Virus record (IMG/VR): IMGVR_UViG_3300005580_001063
Span: 1 to 51,611 of that record
Length of the DNA: 51,611 nucleotides
Origin: a virus
Taxonomy: Duplodnaviria; Caudoviricetes
Strand: one strand, 5' to 3'
The notes under the pieces were generated by a model. The model saw nothing but the letters and a program-made list of their open reading frames with translations, was not told the origin of the DNA and did not search any database. The position numbers were made by a program, and so were the translations under genes. Positions 10,101-20,122 of this stretch are shown here, one piece after another (position 1 is the stretch's first letter; each line of letters begins with the position of its first letter).

Positions 10101-12178
10101 TAATATTACCTTCAATAAATCTTGGAGTTGCAGATAATAGTAGATCTTCTGCTCAATGTAGTGCAATATCTCCTTATCCATTAAATGATTATTGCTATTT
10201 ACAAGTCATTATTTTGGATCCAAATTGTTGCAATTCAATTTGGAATCAAACTTGTGAAGATTTATATTTAGTTTGTAATACTCCAAAACCAGATCCAATA
10301 ATTATTATAACTTTAGATCCACTTGGATATTATTATGATACTGCTCCTATAGGCCCTGGATATGCTGAACTTGATACTGGTGGTTCTACTGGAGCTGTAA
10401 CTTTCAATTACATTGGTATTAATGCTACGAGTTATGGGCCCGTAGGGACTAAGCCAACAAATGCTGGAAGTTATTCAGTAACTGCATCAGTTGCTGAAGA
10501 TAGTAATTATAACGCGGCCGTTTCTGACCCTGTTAATTTTGTAATTGAAAAAGCTACTCCAACAGTTACTGTGCTTCCTACTGCGTCTGAAATTTATTAT
10601 GATCAAACATTAGGTGATTCTATTTTGACGGGTGGGACAGCAAGCGTTGCAGGTTCATTTGCATGGGCTGATCCATGGGCATACATTTTTGCTTCTGACT
10701 ATTATGTGGTAATATTTACCCCAAGCGATATTATTAATTATAATGAGCTATACCAAGGTGAAGTTTTAGTTTATTTGACTGTTCTTCCAAAAATCACCCC
10801 AACAATTGAAGTAGTTCCTACTGCGTCTAATATTTATTCTGGCCAAGCATTATCTACTTCTATTTTGACGGGTGGAGAAGCAAGTGTCGCGGGCACATTT
10901 GAATGGACTGACTCAGAAGGAGGACCGATCATTATTACTAATTCAGACTCTTATTCGGTAACATTTATTCCAACCGATACTGTTCATTATAATGAAGTCG
11001 AAATCTCAGTTTATTTGACTGTTCTTGAAAAAATCACCCCAACAATTGAAGTAGTTCCTGCTGCGTCTGATATTACTTCTGGCCAAACATTAGGTGATTC
11101 TATTTTGACGTTTGGGGAAGCAAGTGTTGCGGGTACATTTGCATGGACCGACCCATCTGCGGTGATTACTAGTTCTGACTCTTATTCGGTAACGTTTACC
11201 CCAAGCGACACTATTCAATATAATGAAGTCGAAATCTCAGTTTATTTAGATGCTCTTCCAAAAAGCGACCCAGCAGTTGACAGCTCTCCTACTGCCTCTG
11301 ATATTGTTGCTGGCCAAAAATTAGGCGATTCTATTTTGACGGGTGGAGAAGCAACTGTCGCAGGCATATTTGAATGGACCGATCCATCTATGTTGGTTTA
11401 TGATTCTGACTCTTATTCGGTAACATTTATTCCAGACGATACTGTTCATTATAATGAAGTCGAAATCTCAGTTAATTTAACTCTAATTTCTATTTCTCTT
11501 ACATCAATTAATGGGCTTGTATTATGGTTAAAACCAGAAGATCCATTCGTAGATTCAAGTTCGGCCAATAATACGCCAGAATCTTTCGTAGTGACAGTTG
11601 ACTCTGAGCCAAACTCTCAAATAAATAGTTATAATTCTTATCTTTTTAGTGGTACCAATTATATAGATTTAAAAGATATTTTAAGCGGTGAGACTACTGG
11701 CGCAACCGCTTTTGCGTTATGCAAAGTGACTGGTGATTATTTATCTAATCAATTAGGCCCAGTTTTTGGAGATTTTGGTGATAATGCTTATGGTGGTTCT
11801 CATTACCCATGGGAAAATGGAAATGTTTATGATGGATTTGCGAGTGTACTTAGAGATAGCTTCTCGGCGCCTTCAGATATTACTGGTTGGCATGTTTTAA
11901 CTACTATGAGAAGTGATCAAAATCGTTACTTGTCTATAAACACAACTGGATTTGTGGACAATTATCCATCATATAATTATTACAGTAGCGGTACAAATGT
12001 GGGTGCAAATAGTTATCCTTATGGTGGGCCTTTTATTGGGTTACAGAATTGGAATGCAGCTTATTATTGGAAAGGCAATATAGCAGAAATATTAATATAC
12101 AATAAAGAGTTAAGTCGGTCGGAAATTAGTGCTGTAAGAAATTATTTAAGCGGTAAATACGATCTACCAATACATTAA
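10097..12178 (+). CDS. Adhesin/receptor-binding protein: Cys-rich motif, MBG-like domain, four ~78-aa Ig-like repeats and a C-terminal LamG/ConA-like domain
   Basis: KxTPT..PTASxIxxGQTLGDSILTGGxASVAGxFxW occurs four times. C-terminal GLVLWL...GNIAEILIYNKELS..EI..VRNYL..KY. GTG start overlaps the previous stop. Confidence 0.7.
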   Translation: MIILPSINLGVADNSRSSAQCSAISPYPLNDYCYLQVIILDPNCCNSIWNQTCEDLYLVCNTPKPDPIIIITLDPLGYYYDTAPIGPGYAELDTGGSTGAVTFNYIGINATSYGPVGTKPTNAGSYSVTASVAEDSNYNAAVSDPVNFVIEKATPTVTVLPTASEIYYDQTLGDSILTGGTASVAGSFAWADPWAYIFASDYYVVIFTPSDIINYNELYQGEVLVYLTVLPKITPTIEVVPTASNIYSGQALSTSILTGGEASVAGTFEWTDSEGGPIIITNSDSYSVTFIPTDTVHYNEVEISVYLTVLEKITPTIEVVPAASDITSGQTLGDSILTFGEASVAGTFAWTDPSAVITSSDSYSVTFTPSDTIQYNEVEISVYLDALPKSDPAVDSSPTASDIVAGQKLGDSILTGGEATVAGIFEWTDPSMLVYDSDSYSVTFIPDDTVHYNEVEISVNLTLISISLTSINGLVLWLKPEDPFVDSSSANNTPESFVVTVDSEPNSQINSYNSYLFSGTNYIDLKDILSGETTGATAFALCKVTGDYLSNQLGPVFGDFGDNAYGGSHYPWENGNVYDGFASVLRDSFSAPSDITGWHVLTTMRSDQNRYLSINTTGFVDNYPSYNYYSSGTNVGANSYPYGGPFIGLQNWNAAYYWKGNIAEILIYNKELSRSEISAVRNYLSGKYDLPIH

Positions 12179-12179
12179 A

Positions 12180-12992
12180 TTATTTTTTAATTTTTTTGAT
12201 TCTTTCTATTAATTCAAATATTTTAGATTTTGGGATATCTTGCACGGAATTTAGGTTTTCTGCTCCATCGAATTTTTCTTTAATTAATTTTTCTTTAAGA
12301 TAATCAAATGATACTTCTTTATCTTTCATAACCTTTTCCAGTAAAACTTGTGGAGAAGTCTGATTTTCCCTTGAGGATACCGCCTCTTCTAGAAGTTTTA
12401 CATCTCCAAGTTCTTCTTGAGATACTATATTAATCTTTAAAAAAGAGCGGACACATCTTACAAATGCTCTATTTTCCGCAATAGCTGCTAGAAAATACCT
12501 TGCAAAACTTTTTGTATTATTTAAGGTTGCATCAGCAAGAGCTTCAAATTCAATAACTCTTCCATTCGTCTCGTAATTAGGAATCCATGTAATTTTACAA
12601 GATGTTGCAAAATAATTTTCACTAGCGGCGGCTACTTTATATTCAACGCTAGTATAGCCTCTAATTTGCGCTAGTTCTTTGGTCCCTCCAAGAAGGATAA
12701 GAAGGTCTTTATCTTCTAATTTAGAAACATCTGTTTCTTGTGTTTTTTGTCTATTTGGCACAAGATACTCTTGCTTAACCATCCTACGCCAATTGATGGT
12801 TCCATCATCATGATAGATATAATTGGTATTTTTATCTTCAATTAAACCGTACTTATTTCTTGTAATAAGTTTAGGCGGAACTACTTCTAATATTGGTTCG
12901 TTTAGTTCTGGGATAATATTGATATTACTATCAAAAAGTGCGGAGCTTCCAACTGAAGCAGTTTGGTCTTGTTGTTTAATTCTTGGGCTCAT
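12180..12992 (-). CDS. Rad52/Sak-like single-strand annealing protein
   Basis: AIAENRAFVRCVRSFLKINIVSQEEL resembles the Rad52-like AxAETRAxxRALR...EEL motif. Replication context. Confidence 0.55.
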   Translation of the reverse strand: MSPRIKQQDQTASVGSSALFDSNINIIPELNEPILEVVPPKLITRNKYGLIEDKNTNYIYHDDGTINWRRMVKQEYLVPNRQKTQETDVSKLEDKDLLILLGGTKELAQIRGYTSVEYKVAAASENYFATSCKITWIPNYETNGRVIEFEALADATLNNTKSFARYFLAAIAENRAFVRCVRSFLKINIVSQEELGDVKLLEEAVSSRENQTSPQVLLEKVMKDKEVSFDYLKEKLIKEKFDGAENLNSVQDIPKSKIFELIERIKKIKK

Positions 12993-13000
12993 TATGGATA

Positions 13001-13029
13001 ATGATACCTTATTTATAAGAACTAGTCAA
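13001..13029 (-). promoter_or_regulatory. sigma70 promoter (leaderless spacing)
   Basis: TTGACT-N17-TATCAT-N8-ATG(12992). Confidence 0.7.
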
Positions 13030-14179
13030 TCAAAAAAGCATATTTTTCTGCATGTTTCCAAAATGTTTCAGTATCAATTATTTCTTGAATATTTTCATTA
13101 AACCCATTTATAGGTTTATTCGCGGCAAAAGCTGCTTCACTCATGTATAGTTTACTATTACTTATTATAAAATTATTACTTTTGTAATATTTGACATCGT
13201 ATTTAAAATTGTCTTTTTTATCTAATTTAAGTTTAATTATTAAACCAAGATCCATATAATCTATTTTAAATTTATTCACCTCTTCTTCACCTAGATAAGA
13301 AGCTAAAACATATTGAATGTTTAGGCTTTTTAATAATTTTATAAATTCTGGCTCGTTTTCCTTTTCTATTTTATAAAAGACTTGTATGATGTTTTCTTTG
13401 TATTTTTTTATTAATTCTGGCGATATACTTTTATTTGACACAATGATACATTTGGAGATTGATAGTAATTCTTTCAGTACATTTTCATTAAACTCCAAAT
13501 CCATTCTAACAATTAAATTGTTTAAATTAAATGCTTTAGGATCAATTACCATATTAGGTACAACTTCTATCGTCTTATTAGTATAATTTGAACCAAGATA
13601 TGTATATTTATATTTTATATTTTTATTTAAATTTAATTTATCTAATATGCCAAAAGCAATTTCATTTGGCTTAATATTATTTATGGCTTTTGATTGTTCT
13701 TGAGCTTGATAAGAGGGCTTTGAGTTTTTATCGAATCCTTCTAGTAAAACCAGATCTTTCTCTTCGCTCCAATAAGGCTTTGCTTGATTTGCATATATAT
13801 TGCCAAATAAACCAATTATTTTTTTATTGTAGTAAGAGGCAAGAGAAAGACCAAGGCTATTTGATCCTACATATAATAGCGAATTTCTTATTAAGAAAGC
13901 TTTTTGTCCAGTTACAAATCCTGAACATGTGTATGCATTTGTAATTTTTAAATCATTTTGACCACATAATTGTAATACATTAATATCATTTTTCTTTAAT
14001 TCTTCTGCGACTATATCAACTACTTCTTGCCAGTAATCATAATTTTTTGCTTGGTATTTGTTGTCATGAGTTTCTAATATTATATATTTTTCTATATTTA
14101 ATGGATAATATTTTTCGTATATATAAGGTTTATCAATTTTTAAACCGCACGATGTTGCAAATGATTCTATAATATGCAT
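13022..14179 (-). CDS. GT9 (heptosyltransferase-like) C-terminal-half protein plus an unknown domain
   Basis: AKNYDYWQEVV and AFLIRNSLLYVGSNSLGLSLAS..KKIIGLFG match a GT9 C-domain (variant of GxDSGxxHLA). Confidence 0.55.
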   Translation of the reverse strand: MHIIESFATSCGLKIDKPYIYEKYYPLNIEKYIILETHDNKYQAKNYDYWQEVVDIVAEELKKNDINVLQLCGQNDLKITNAYTCSGFVTGQKAFLIRNSLLYVGSNSLGLSLASYYNKKIIGLFGNIYANQAKPYWSEEKDLVLLEGFDKNSKPSYQAQEQSKAINNIKPNEIAFGILDKLNLNKNIKYKYTYLGSNYTNKTIEVVPNMVIDPKAFNLNNLIVRMDLEFNENVLKELLSISKCIIVSNKSISPELIKKYKENIIQVFYKIEKENEPEFIKLLKSLNIQYVLASYLGEEEVNKFKIDYMDLGLIIKLKLDKKDNFKYDVKYYKSNNFIISNSKLYMSEAAFAANKPINGFNENIQEIIDTETFWKHAEKYAFLID

Positions 14180-14187
14180 AAATTATG

Positions 14188-16116
14188 TTAAAAATTTTTC
14201 AATTCAAAATCTATTTTATCTTTTGCATTATGTAAATAATTTAATATTTTTTGAGTACCAATATAAGGCAAAAACGCTATTTCAAAATATCCTTTATTAT
14301 CTCTATTCCCTTCGCACCAAATTTGATTTTCCATTTGAGGTACGAAAGGGATTACCTTATCAATATAAGGGTTTCCTTCAAGAATATCAAAGAAGTCATT
14401 TTTAGTTGCAACATAAAGCTTGTATTCTGGATAAAGTCTCTTTATTGATGGGAATAGGCTTGTGCTTAAAAACACATCTCCTTCATCTTCTGGTATCACA
14501 TACAAAATTCTTCGCCCATCATCATCTTGATTTAATAAATCTTTAAAATCTGTTTTTTTATTTTTTTGATTTTCTTGCCAAGCTACCTGTTTGAAATGAT
14601 TTTCTATGTCTTGTCTTTTCATTCCTTTAGAGATTTCTTGCATCCAATATTTATGTCCTTCATCCTTTTCATCCATATCATGTATTTTCAAAATATTTAA
14701 ATACATATATTTTAACCATTCAGAATCATTTTGAATATCTGGAATTTTAGCTAATGGATCTCTATCTTCTGGAAATATTGTAAAATTTTTATAATCAACA
14801 AATTCCGCGCCATCTATAAAGTTTTCAAAAAATTTGCCTATTACTGCTGAAGAGTAATTTTCTATAGTCCATTCTCTGGCTTTAAAACCAATCTCTTTTC
14901 TTTTTTGAATTGGCATTTTCCATACTTTTTGAAGTTGTTTAGCAATTGAAGCTGGTGATGTTGAAGCTTTTCTAAATTCTGTTCCATGCTCTCTATATTC
15001 CGACCAATCTAAAGGCATAGAGTTTGCTTCGTCACAACACATTTCTTCTCCGCAACTATAATTTGTTACCAAAGTTATTAGCTCCGTAAGCTTTGCTTCT
15101 TGTATGGGTATTTCCTGTCCTCCGCTTGTAAACGGATGACAATAAACATCCATTAAATTATAAATTTCATTCAATTGTTGCTCTGAAACTCCCAGGCCAA
15201 CATTTGTTGTAATTTGGCCTTTGTCTGAATTACAAAATTTACATTTTAATTCTTGTCCAGAAAATGCTTTCACTTGATATTGCCCACAATTTCTACATAC
15301 ATATGTAGTTAATACTTCTTGATATGGCACATTATATTCCCCTGCAAGTTTATGTATATTCCATCCCTCTCCCCAATGAGTATGCAGGAGAAGATAAGTA
15401 TTTTTTACTTCTGGATTTCTAGCTTTCCACATAGCGTATCCTTCAAGTAAATTTGGCACGCTTTTCCTTAATTGATTTCTGAAAACGAATCCTACAATAA
15501 AAGCATTTGGATTAATATTATTTTTAATTCTTAAATCTTTTCTTTCATCATCAGATAATTTATAAAAATTATCAATATCAATCGGCCCGTGAACTGTTTC
15601 TACATGCTTGTGCTCTAAGTCATGCAAGGCTTTTGTTGCAAAGTCGCTCCAAATCCAATAATTTTTTAATTTTGTTGCGCAAGAAATTGCAGATGGTAAT
15701 ATCGGTAAAGAATCTAATGTTGTCCAAATTGCAGATTTAATTTTATTGAACCAAGGTTTGCCTATACTATAATCTACGCCCCAGATATCTTGCGCAGCGA
15801 TATAAACATCTGGCTTTTCTTGTTCTATAATTTTATCTATAAAATGTGCGCCATAACTAGCAAGTCTAGCTTGATTAGGATCTTTATTTAATTGCTCTAT
15901 TTCTGCTGGCGAATTTGGTAAAGTGCCTAAAGATTTCCAAGGTGTTTTTAGTAGCTCTGGATTATTCTCCTGCATACCGCAGCAATAATGAATGATATCG
16001 TATTTTCCAGTCTTATGTAAGTAAGTCAGCAAAGACTTTGATACTCTGCCAAAGCCAGTTTTGGCTAAGGCAAAATCAGAATGATATAAAAATTTCTTTT
16101 TCTTAGACATTACCAA
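14188..16116 (-). CDS. GT4 glycosyltransferase with an inserted Zn ribbon and a C-terminal GT9 N-domain
   Basis: TGFGRV, RNQLRK and GGQEIPIQEA motifs, CRNC...CKFC insert, and C-terminal GDVFLSTSLFPSIKRLYP...ILEGNPYIDKVI. Confidence 0.75.
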   Translation of the reverse strand: MVMSKKKKFLYHSDFALAKTGFGRVSKSLLTYLHKTGKYDIIHYCCGMQENNPELLKTPWKSLGTLPNSPAEIEQLNKDPNQARLASYGAHFIDKIIEQEKPDVYIAAQDIWGVDYSIGKPWFNKIKSAIWTTLDSLPILPSAISCATKLKNYWIWSDFATKALHDLEHKHVETVHGPIDIDNFYKLSDDERKDLRIKNNINPNAFIVGFVFRNQLRKSVPNLLEGYAMWKARNPEVKNTYLLLHTHWGEGWNIHKLAGEYNVPYQEVLTTYVCRNCGQYQVKAFSGQELKCKFCNSDKGQITTNVGLGVSEQQLNEIYNLMDVYCHPFTSGGQEIPIQEAKLTELITLVTNYSCGEEMCCDEANSMPLDWSEYREHGTEFRKASTSPASIAKQLQKVWKMPIQKRKEIGFKAREWTIENYSSAVIGKFFENFIDGAEFVDYKNFTIFPEDRDPLAKIPDIQNDSEWLKYMYLNILKIHDMDEKDEGHKYWMQEISKGMKRQDIENHFKQVAWQENQKNKKTDFKDLLNQDDDGRRILYVIPEDEGDVFLSTSLFPSIKRLYPEYKLYVATKNDFFDILEGNPYIDKVIPFVPQMENQIWCEGNRDNKGYFEIAFLPYIGTQKILNYLHNAKDKIDFELKNF

Positions 16117-16676
16117 AGCTCGCCATCATTATCAGCTTTGGCGTTATTTTGATTTTGATCTTGACCTTGGTCTTGATCATCGTCTTTTTTAAAGTTTTTA
16201 AGTTTTTTAATTACTTCTATTCTTTGACATTCAAATACAGAATCCAAAGCGTAAGACAAAAACTGTTTCAATAGTCTAGCTTCATTAAAATAAAAACCAA
16301 TTAAATATGATTGTTTGTTTTCGCTATTTTGTTTATCTGTTTTAGATACCATGTAAGAGAATCCAACCTGTTTTTCGTCTCTAAGATATGGAGATAATTT
16401 AATTTGAGTAGATTGCTTTTCTGAAGTATGGTAGGCTGAAAATTCAGTATTTCTTTCTAAAGCATCTAAAAGACCAGCGGCTTCTGTTAGAGAAAATTTA
16501 ATCTTAACGCTTTTATTTGGATTATTTTGGTTTTCAGAAAATGAACCGATTTTCTTGACCTCGTTCCAAGAAGATTGTTTAATTAACGAGCTCCAAATTG
16601 AAGCGTCTTTTGAATTTACTGTGAAACTGCAAGCGGTTCCAGTATTTTTACTATTAGGTTTGTAGAATGATATCAT
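16110..16676 (-). CDS. Whirly/PC4-fold single-stranded DNA-binding protein
   Basis: Duplicated beta-beta-beta-beta-alpha pattern (FYK..TACSF..KFSLTEAAGLL; AYH..QIKLSP..GFSY..IGFYFNEARLL) and an acidic tail ending DGELW, next to the polymerase gene. Confidence 0.55.
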   Translation of the reverse strand: MISFYKPNSKNTGTACSFTVNSKDASIWSSLIKQSSWNEVKKIGSFSENQNNPNKSVKIKFSLTEAAGLLDALERNTEFSAYHTSEKQSTQIKLSPYLRDEKQVGFSYMVSKTDKQNSENKQSYLIGFYFNEARLLKQFLSYALDSVFECQRIEVIKKLKNFKKDDDQDQGQDQNQNNAKADNDGELW

Positions 16677-16683
16677 ATATATG

Positions 16684-16712
16684 ATAATATATTGTATTTA
16701 ATCAAATGTCAA
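16684..16712 (-). promoter_or_regulatory. sigma70 promoter (leaderless spacing)
   Basis: TTGACA-N17-TATTAT-N7-ATG(16676). Confidence 0.75.
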
Positions 16713-19270
16713 ATCTTTTTAATTTCAGTTAGTTTCATATATATATGATGGTCTTGAACTGCTACTAGATCAGCAAATATACAGTCTTCTTTTTTAATCC
16801 CTTTGACTATCACTATATTTTTTTCTTCTGGATTTTTATTACCATTAAGGGCTTTGCAATTCTCTATCCTATCATTAAATAATAATACAGTAATATCGCC
16901 GCTTTCATCTGATACTTTAAGTCTTAAATATTTGGTTTTCTTCTCACTTTTAGATATGCCAGAATATGAGTCCGTGATTTCACCAACTAATGCTATTTTT
17001 GTATTAATTGGTAAATCTATTATTTCATTAATGCATATTAGATCTTCTCTCTTTTCATTAAAAATGTCTTTTAATGTTCTTTCGTAAGTATAGCCTAGTA
17101 GTCTTTTTTCGTAATACCAATTAGCGAAACTTTCGCTTTTACTATTTTGATTATATATTTTAAGATAAGGTTCATATTTAGATTTAATAGTATCTAACCT
17201 AGAGTTCTTAATTATAACTTTATTTTTTTCATCTGTAAAAGTATTCAAATGTTTAATTATTCTTATAAGATCATAATCAAATTTCTCTGCAAATGAGATC
17301 GCATATTTCTTCTCTTTAGATGTTAACATATTCCAAAGTTGAGCCTCTAATACTATTTTACTTCTAGATTGCTTGAATCCAGTTAAAGCTCCAGCTTGAA
17401 TCAATGAGCATAATACGCCTATGTTAAGATCTGCTTCTTCTGCTGCTTGCAGAATTTCAAACTTATTAGAATATTTATTTCTAAATCCATTCAATTTTTC
17501 AATTGATTTATCTGATATGCCTTTGATTGATAAAAGCCCAAATCTGATATCTTGACCTTCTATAGAAAAATCCATTTCAGATTTAATAATATGAGGCCTT
17601 AATAATCTAATATTAAAATGTCCCATTTCTTTTTGTGTCTTGGATATTTCGCCAATAGGGTCTGGTTCATTTCTAGTCATTTTTAATAAAGATAAAAAGA
17701 ATTGTTGAGGATAGTTGAATTTCAAATATATAGTAATTGCAGCTAAAGCCGCATAAGCAATTGAGTGTGATTTATTGAATGAATAATTCGCTGAATCCTC
17801 TAAAATCTTCCATAGGATTTCTCCTACTTCTTTTGGAAGTTTATTTTGCTTGATCTTGTCTTCGATCTTCTTTTTCCAAGCTTTAATTTCTTCAGTTTTC
17901 TTTTTTCCGACTATCCTTCTTAAGATTTCTGCTTCGTCTAAGGTGAACCCAATCTTATTGGCCATCTTCATAAGTTGCTCTTGATATAAAGCCACACCAC
18001 CAGTTTCCTTTAATATATCATCAAAGAATGGATGAATACTTTCGGACTGTTGAAAATTTGTATGGGCTGCGTATTTATCTGCAAATTGTAAAGCTCCAGG
18101 TCTAGCTAACGCTAGAACACCGCTCAATTCTTCTAAATTTTTAGGTTTAACTTTTTGACAAACCTTGAAATTAGTTTCTGCTTCGATTTGAAATAATCCG
18201 TGGGGGTTCCTTAAGTCTTGGAGATTTCTATAAATTGATTCATCATTTAAATCAATATCTTTTATCTTTTTACCAATACTATTACAAACGTCATTCACAA
18301 CGGAAACGCTTCTTAAGCCTAGAATATCTAGTTTAATATTAAATAAACTTACCCAACTCATATCAAAACTAGAAACAGCTTCTTTATCGCTTGATAATTC
18401 CGTAGGGCAAGAATTTTCTAAATTATTGTAAGATAACAAAACCCCAGATGGATGTACCCCTTTGTTTTTTATCAAATTTCTTAACTTGAGTGCAATATCG
18501 TAAATATTTTTATTATTATCACACCATTCTTTAAATTTAGGAACTTCATCATAAGCGGTGGTGATATCTTTTACTTGACCAAAGACCTTGGGAATTAAAG
18601 ACGAAACTTCTGTCATTTCTTGTTCTGATTTTTCATCAATTATTTTCCCGCACTCTTTGATTAAGAGTTTTCCGCTTAAAGTATTTAATGTCAAAATTTT
18701 ACTTGTTTTGCCTTTGAATTGATCTTCTAAATATTGAAGCACTTTATGTCTATTATAATAACAAATATCTAAATCAACATCGCACATCAAACTGCCATCT
18801 AGATAAGTTACCCCATCGACGACTTGCTTTTTAGCCCTAATCTTGGATATAAATCTTTCAAAATAAAGATCATATTTAACTGGGTCAATTTGAGTTACGC
18901 CAATTAAATATAATATAAGAGAGCCCGCTGCTGATCCTCTACCCAAACCAACTGGTATATTGCTTTTATTACAAAAATCAATAACGTTCCAAACTAAAAT
19001 AATATAATCAGTAAATTCTAATTCTTTAAGAGTCTCTAGTTCGTGTTTCGCACGATTAATATATTTCTTATATAAGTCTGAATCTTTTTCTAAATTTAAT
19101 TTTTTAAAACCTTTCAAAGTCAATGCTCTAAGAAATTCATAATTTGATACATCTTCACTTACTTCAAGGTCATGCTTGTATGAATTATCAATTTTAAACT
19201 CTGGGAGTCTTACGCCGTAAAGAGGCAAATTAATCTCCTCAAATAAATTATCAAAGTCTTTATTCTTCAT
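16709..19270 (-). CDS. dnaE: DNA polymerase III alpha (DnaE), catalytic portion lacking the PHP domain
   Basis: GRGSAAGSL, FERF, DVDLD, KLDILGL, LYQEQLM and YSFNKSH motifs, with a C-terminal OB fold. Confidence 0.95.
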   Translation of the reverse strand: MKNKDFDNLFEEINLPLYGVRLPEFKIDNSYKHDLEVSEDVSNYEFLRALTLKGFKKLNLEKDSDLYKKYINRAKHELETLKELEFTDYIILVWNVIDFCNKSNIPVGLGRGSAAGSLILYLIGVTQIDPVKYDLYFERFISKIRAKKQVVDGVTYLDGSLMCDVDLDICYYNRHKVLQYLEDQFKGKTSKILTLNTLSGKLLIKECGKIIDEKSEQEMTEVSSLIPKVFGQVKDITTAYDEVPKFKEWCDNNKNIYDIALKLRNLIKNKGVHPSGVLLSYNNLENSCPTELSSDKEAVSSFDMSWVSLFNIKLDILGLRSVSVVNDVCNSIGKKIKDIDLNDESIYRNLQDLRNPHGLFQIEAETNFKVCQKVKPKNLEELSGVLALARPGALQFADKYAAHTNFQQSESIHPFFDDILKETGGVALYQEQLMKMANKIGFTLDEAEILRRIVGKKKTEEIKAWKKKIEDKIKQNKLPKEVGEILWKILEDSANYSFNKSHSIAYAALAAITIYLKFNYPQQFFLSLLKMTRNEPDPIGEISKTQKEMGHFNIRLLRPHIIKSEMDFSIEGQDIRFGLLSIKGISDKSIEKLNGFRNKYSNKFEILQAAEEADLNIGVLCSLIQAGALTGFKQSRSKIVLEAQLWNMLTSKEKKYAISFAEKFDYDLIRIIKHLNTFTDEKNKVIIKNSRLDTIKSKYEPYLKIYNQNSKSESFANWYYEKRLLGYTYERTLKDIFNEKREDLICINEIIDLPINTKIALVGEITDSYSGISKSEKKTKYLRLKVSDESGDITVLLFNDRIENCKALNGNKNPEEKNIVIVKGIKKEDCIFADLVAVQDHHIYMKLTEIKKI

Positions 19271-19493
19271 CTTCTTTTTCTTTTCTTTCTATCTCATTTA
19301 TTTCTTTTTTAAAGGCTGCAAGACCAGTGGCTAAAATTTTCATTGAAGTTCTATCCTTTAGATTAAAAAATACATCAGCTTTACCCTGCTTCTTGCCCTT
19401 TTGAACTGTTATCAAAAGGTACTCCATATTAGAGTCTTCTAATTTTTGCAACATATCATATACATTATCTAAAGATCCCATATTATAACTCAA
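19260..19493 (-). CDS. Small hypothetical protein within the split-polymerase locus
   Basis: ORF overlapping both neighbours. The true start may be the second Met (MGSLD). Confidence 0.6.
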   Translation of the reverse strand: MSYNMGSLDNVYDMLQKLEDSNMEYLLITVQKGKKQGKADVFFNLKDRTSMKILATGLAAFKKEINEIERKEKEDEE

Positions 19494-20121
19494 TTTGCCA
19501 CTTTAATTTATTCCAAACCTTTAAATTAAGATCAAGATCATTAATAGCATCATGCAGGTTATCATAATCATGATCTATACTATTCTCTTTGCCAAGAAAT
19601 GTCAAGCTACTTTTTACATCTTTTCGTCTTGTATGATAGATTTTGTATTGGTACTCCAACAAATCTGTATTTGGTTTGTATGACGAGCCATATTTTATAC
19701 CTCTTGCCATACAGTTAGTATCAATAATCTTATTCATAAGATGCTCCCAATTACAACCCATAGATTCATATAGATCTTTTATCAAAAAAATATCAAATCC
19801 AAGAATATTATGCCCTACTATATAGTCTGCATTATCGAGCCAATCTTTAATAGTAGGGAAAACTTCTTTAATATCAAAGCCTTCTTTTGTAACTTTTTTA
19901 TGATCATATCTTGTGATTCTCGCCGCTGCTTCACTAATTTTTAAATCGGTATTCCATTTAATATAAAAATTCTTGCTATCAGTTTTAAAATCACCTTTAG
20001 CTTTTATCATTCCAATCTGCCAAGGTAGATTATGACAGAAACTCAAACAAAGATTAAATGTTTCTAAATCAATAAAAACAAAAGTCTTGCTCTTATCATA
20101 TCTTAATAAATGTTCGTCCAT
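19483..20121 (-). CDS. DEDDh 3'-5' exonuclease (DnaQ/epsilon-like)
   Basis: FIDLET, GHNILGFD and HDAINDL motifs. Confidence 0.9.
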   Translation of the reverse strand: MDEHLLRYDKSKTFVFIDLETFNLCLSFCHNLPWQIGMIKAKGDFKTDSKNFYIKWNTDLKISEAAARITRYDHKKVTKEGFDIKEVFPTIKDWLDNADYIVGHNILGFDIFLIKDLYESMGCNWEHLMNKIIDTNCMARGIKYGSSYKPNTDLLEYQYKIYHTRRKDVKSSLTFLGKENSIDHDYDNLHDAINDLDLNLKVWNKLKWQIEL

Positions 20122-20122
20122 A

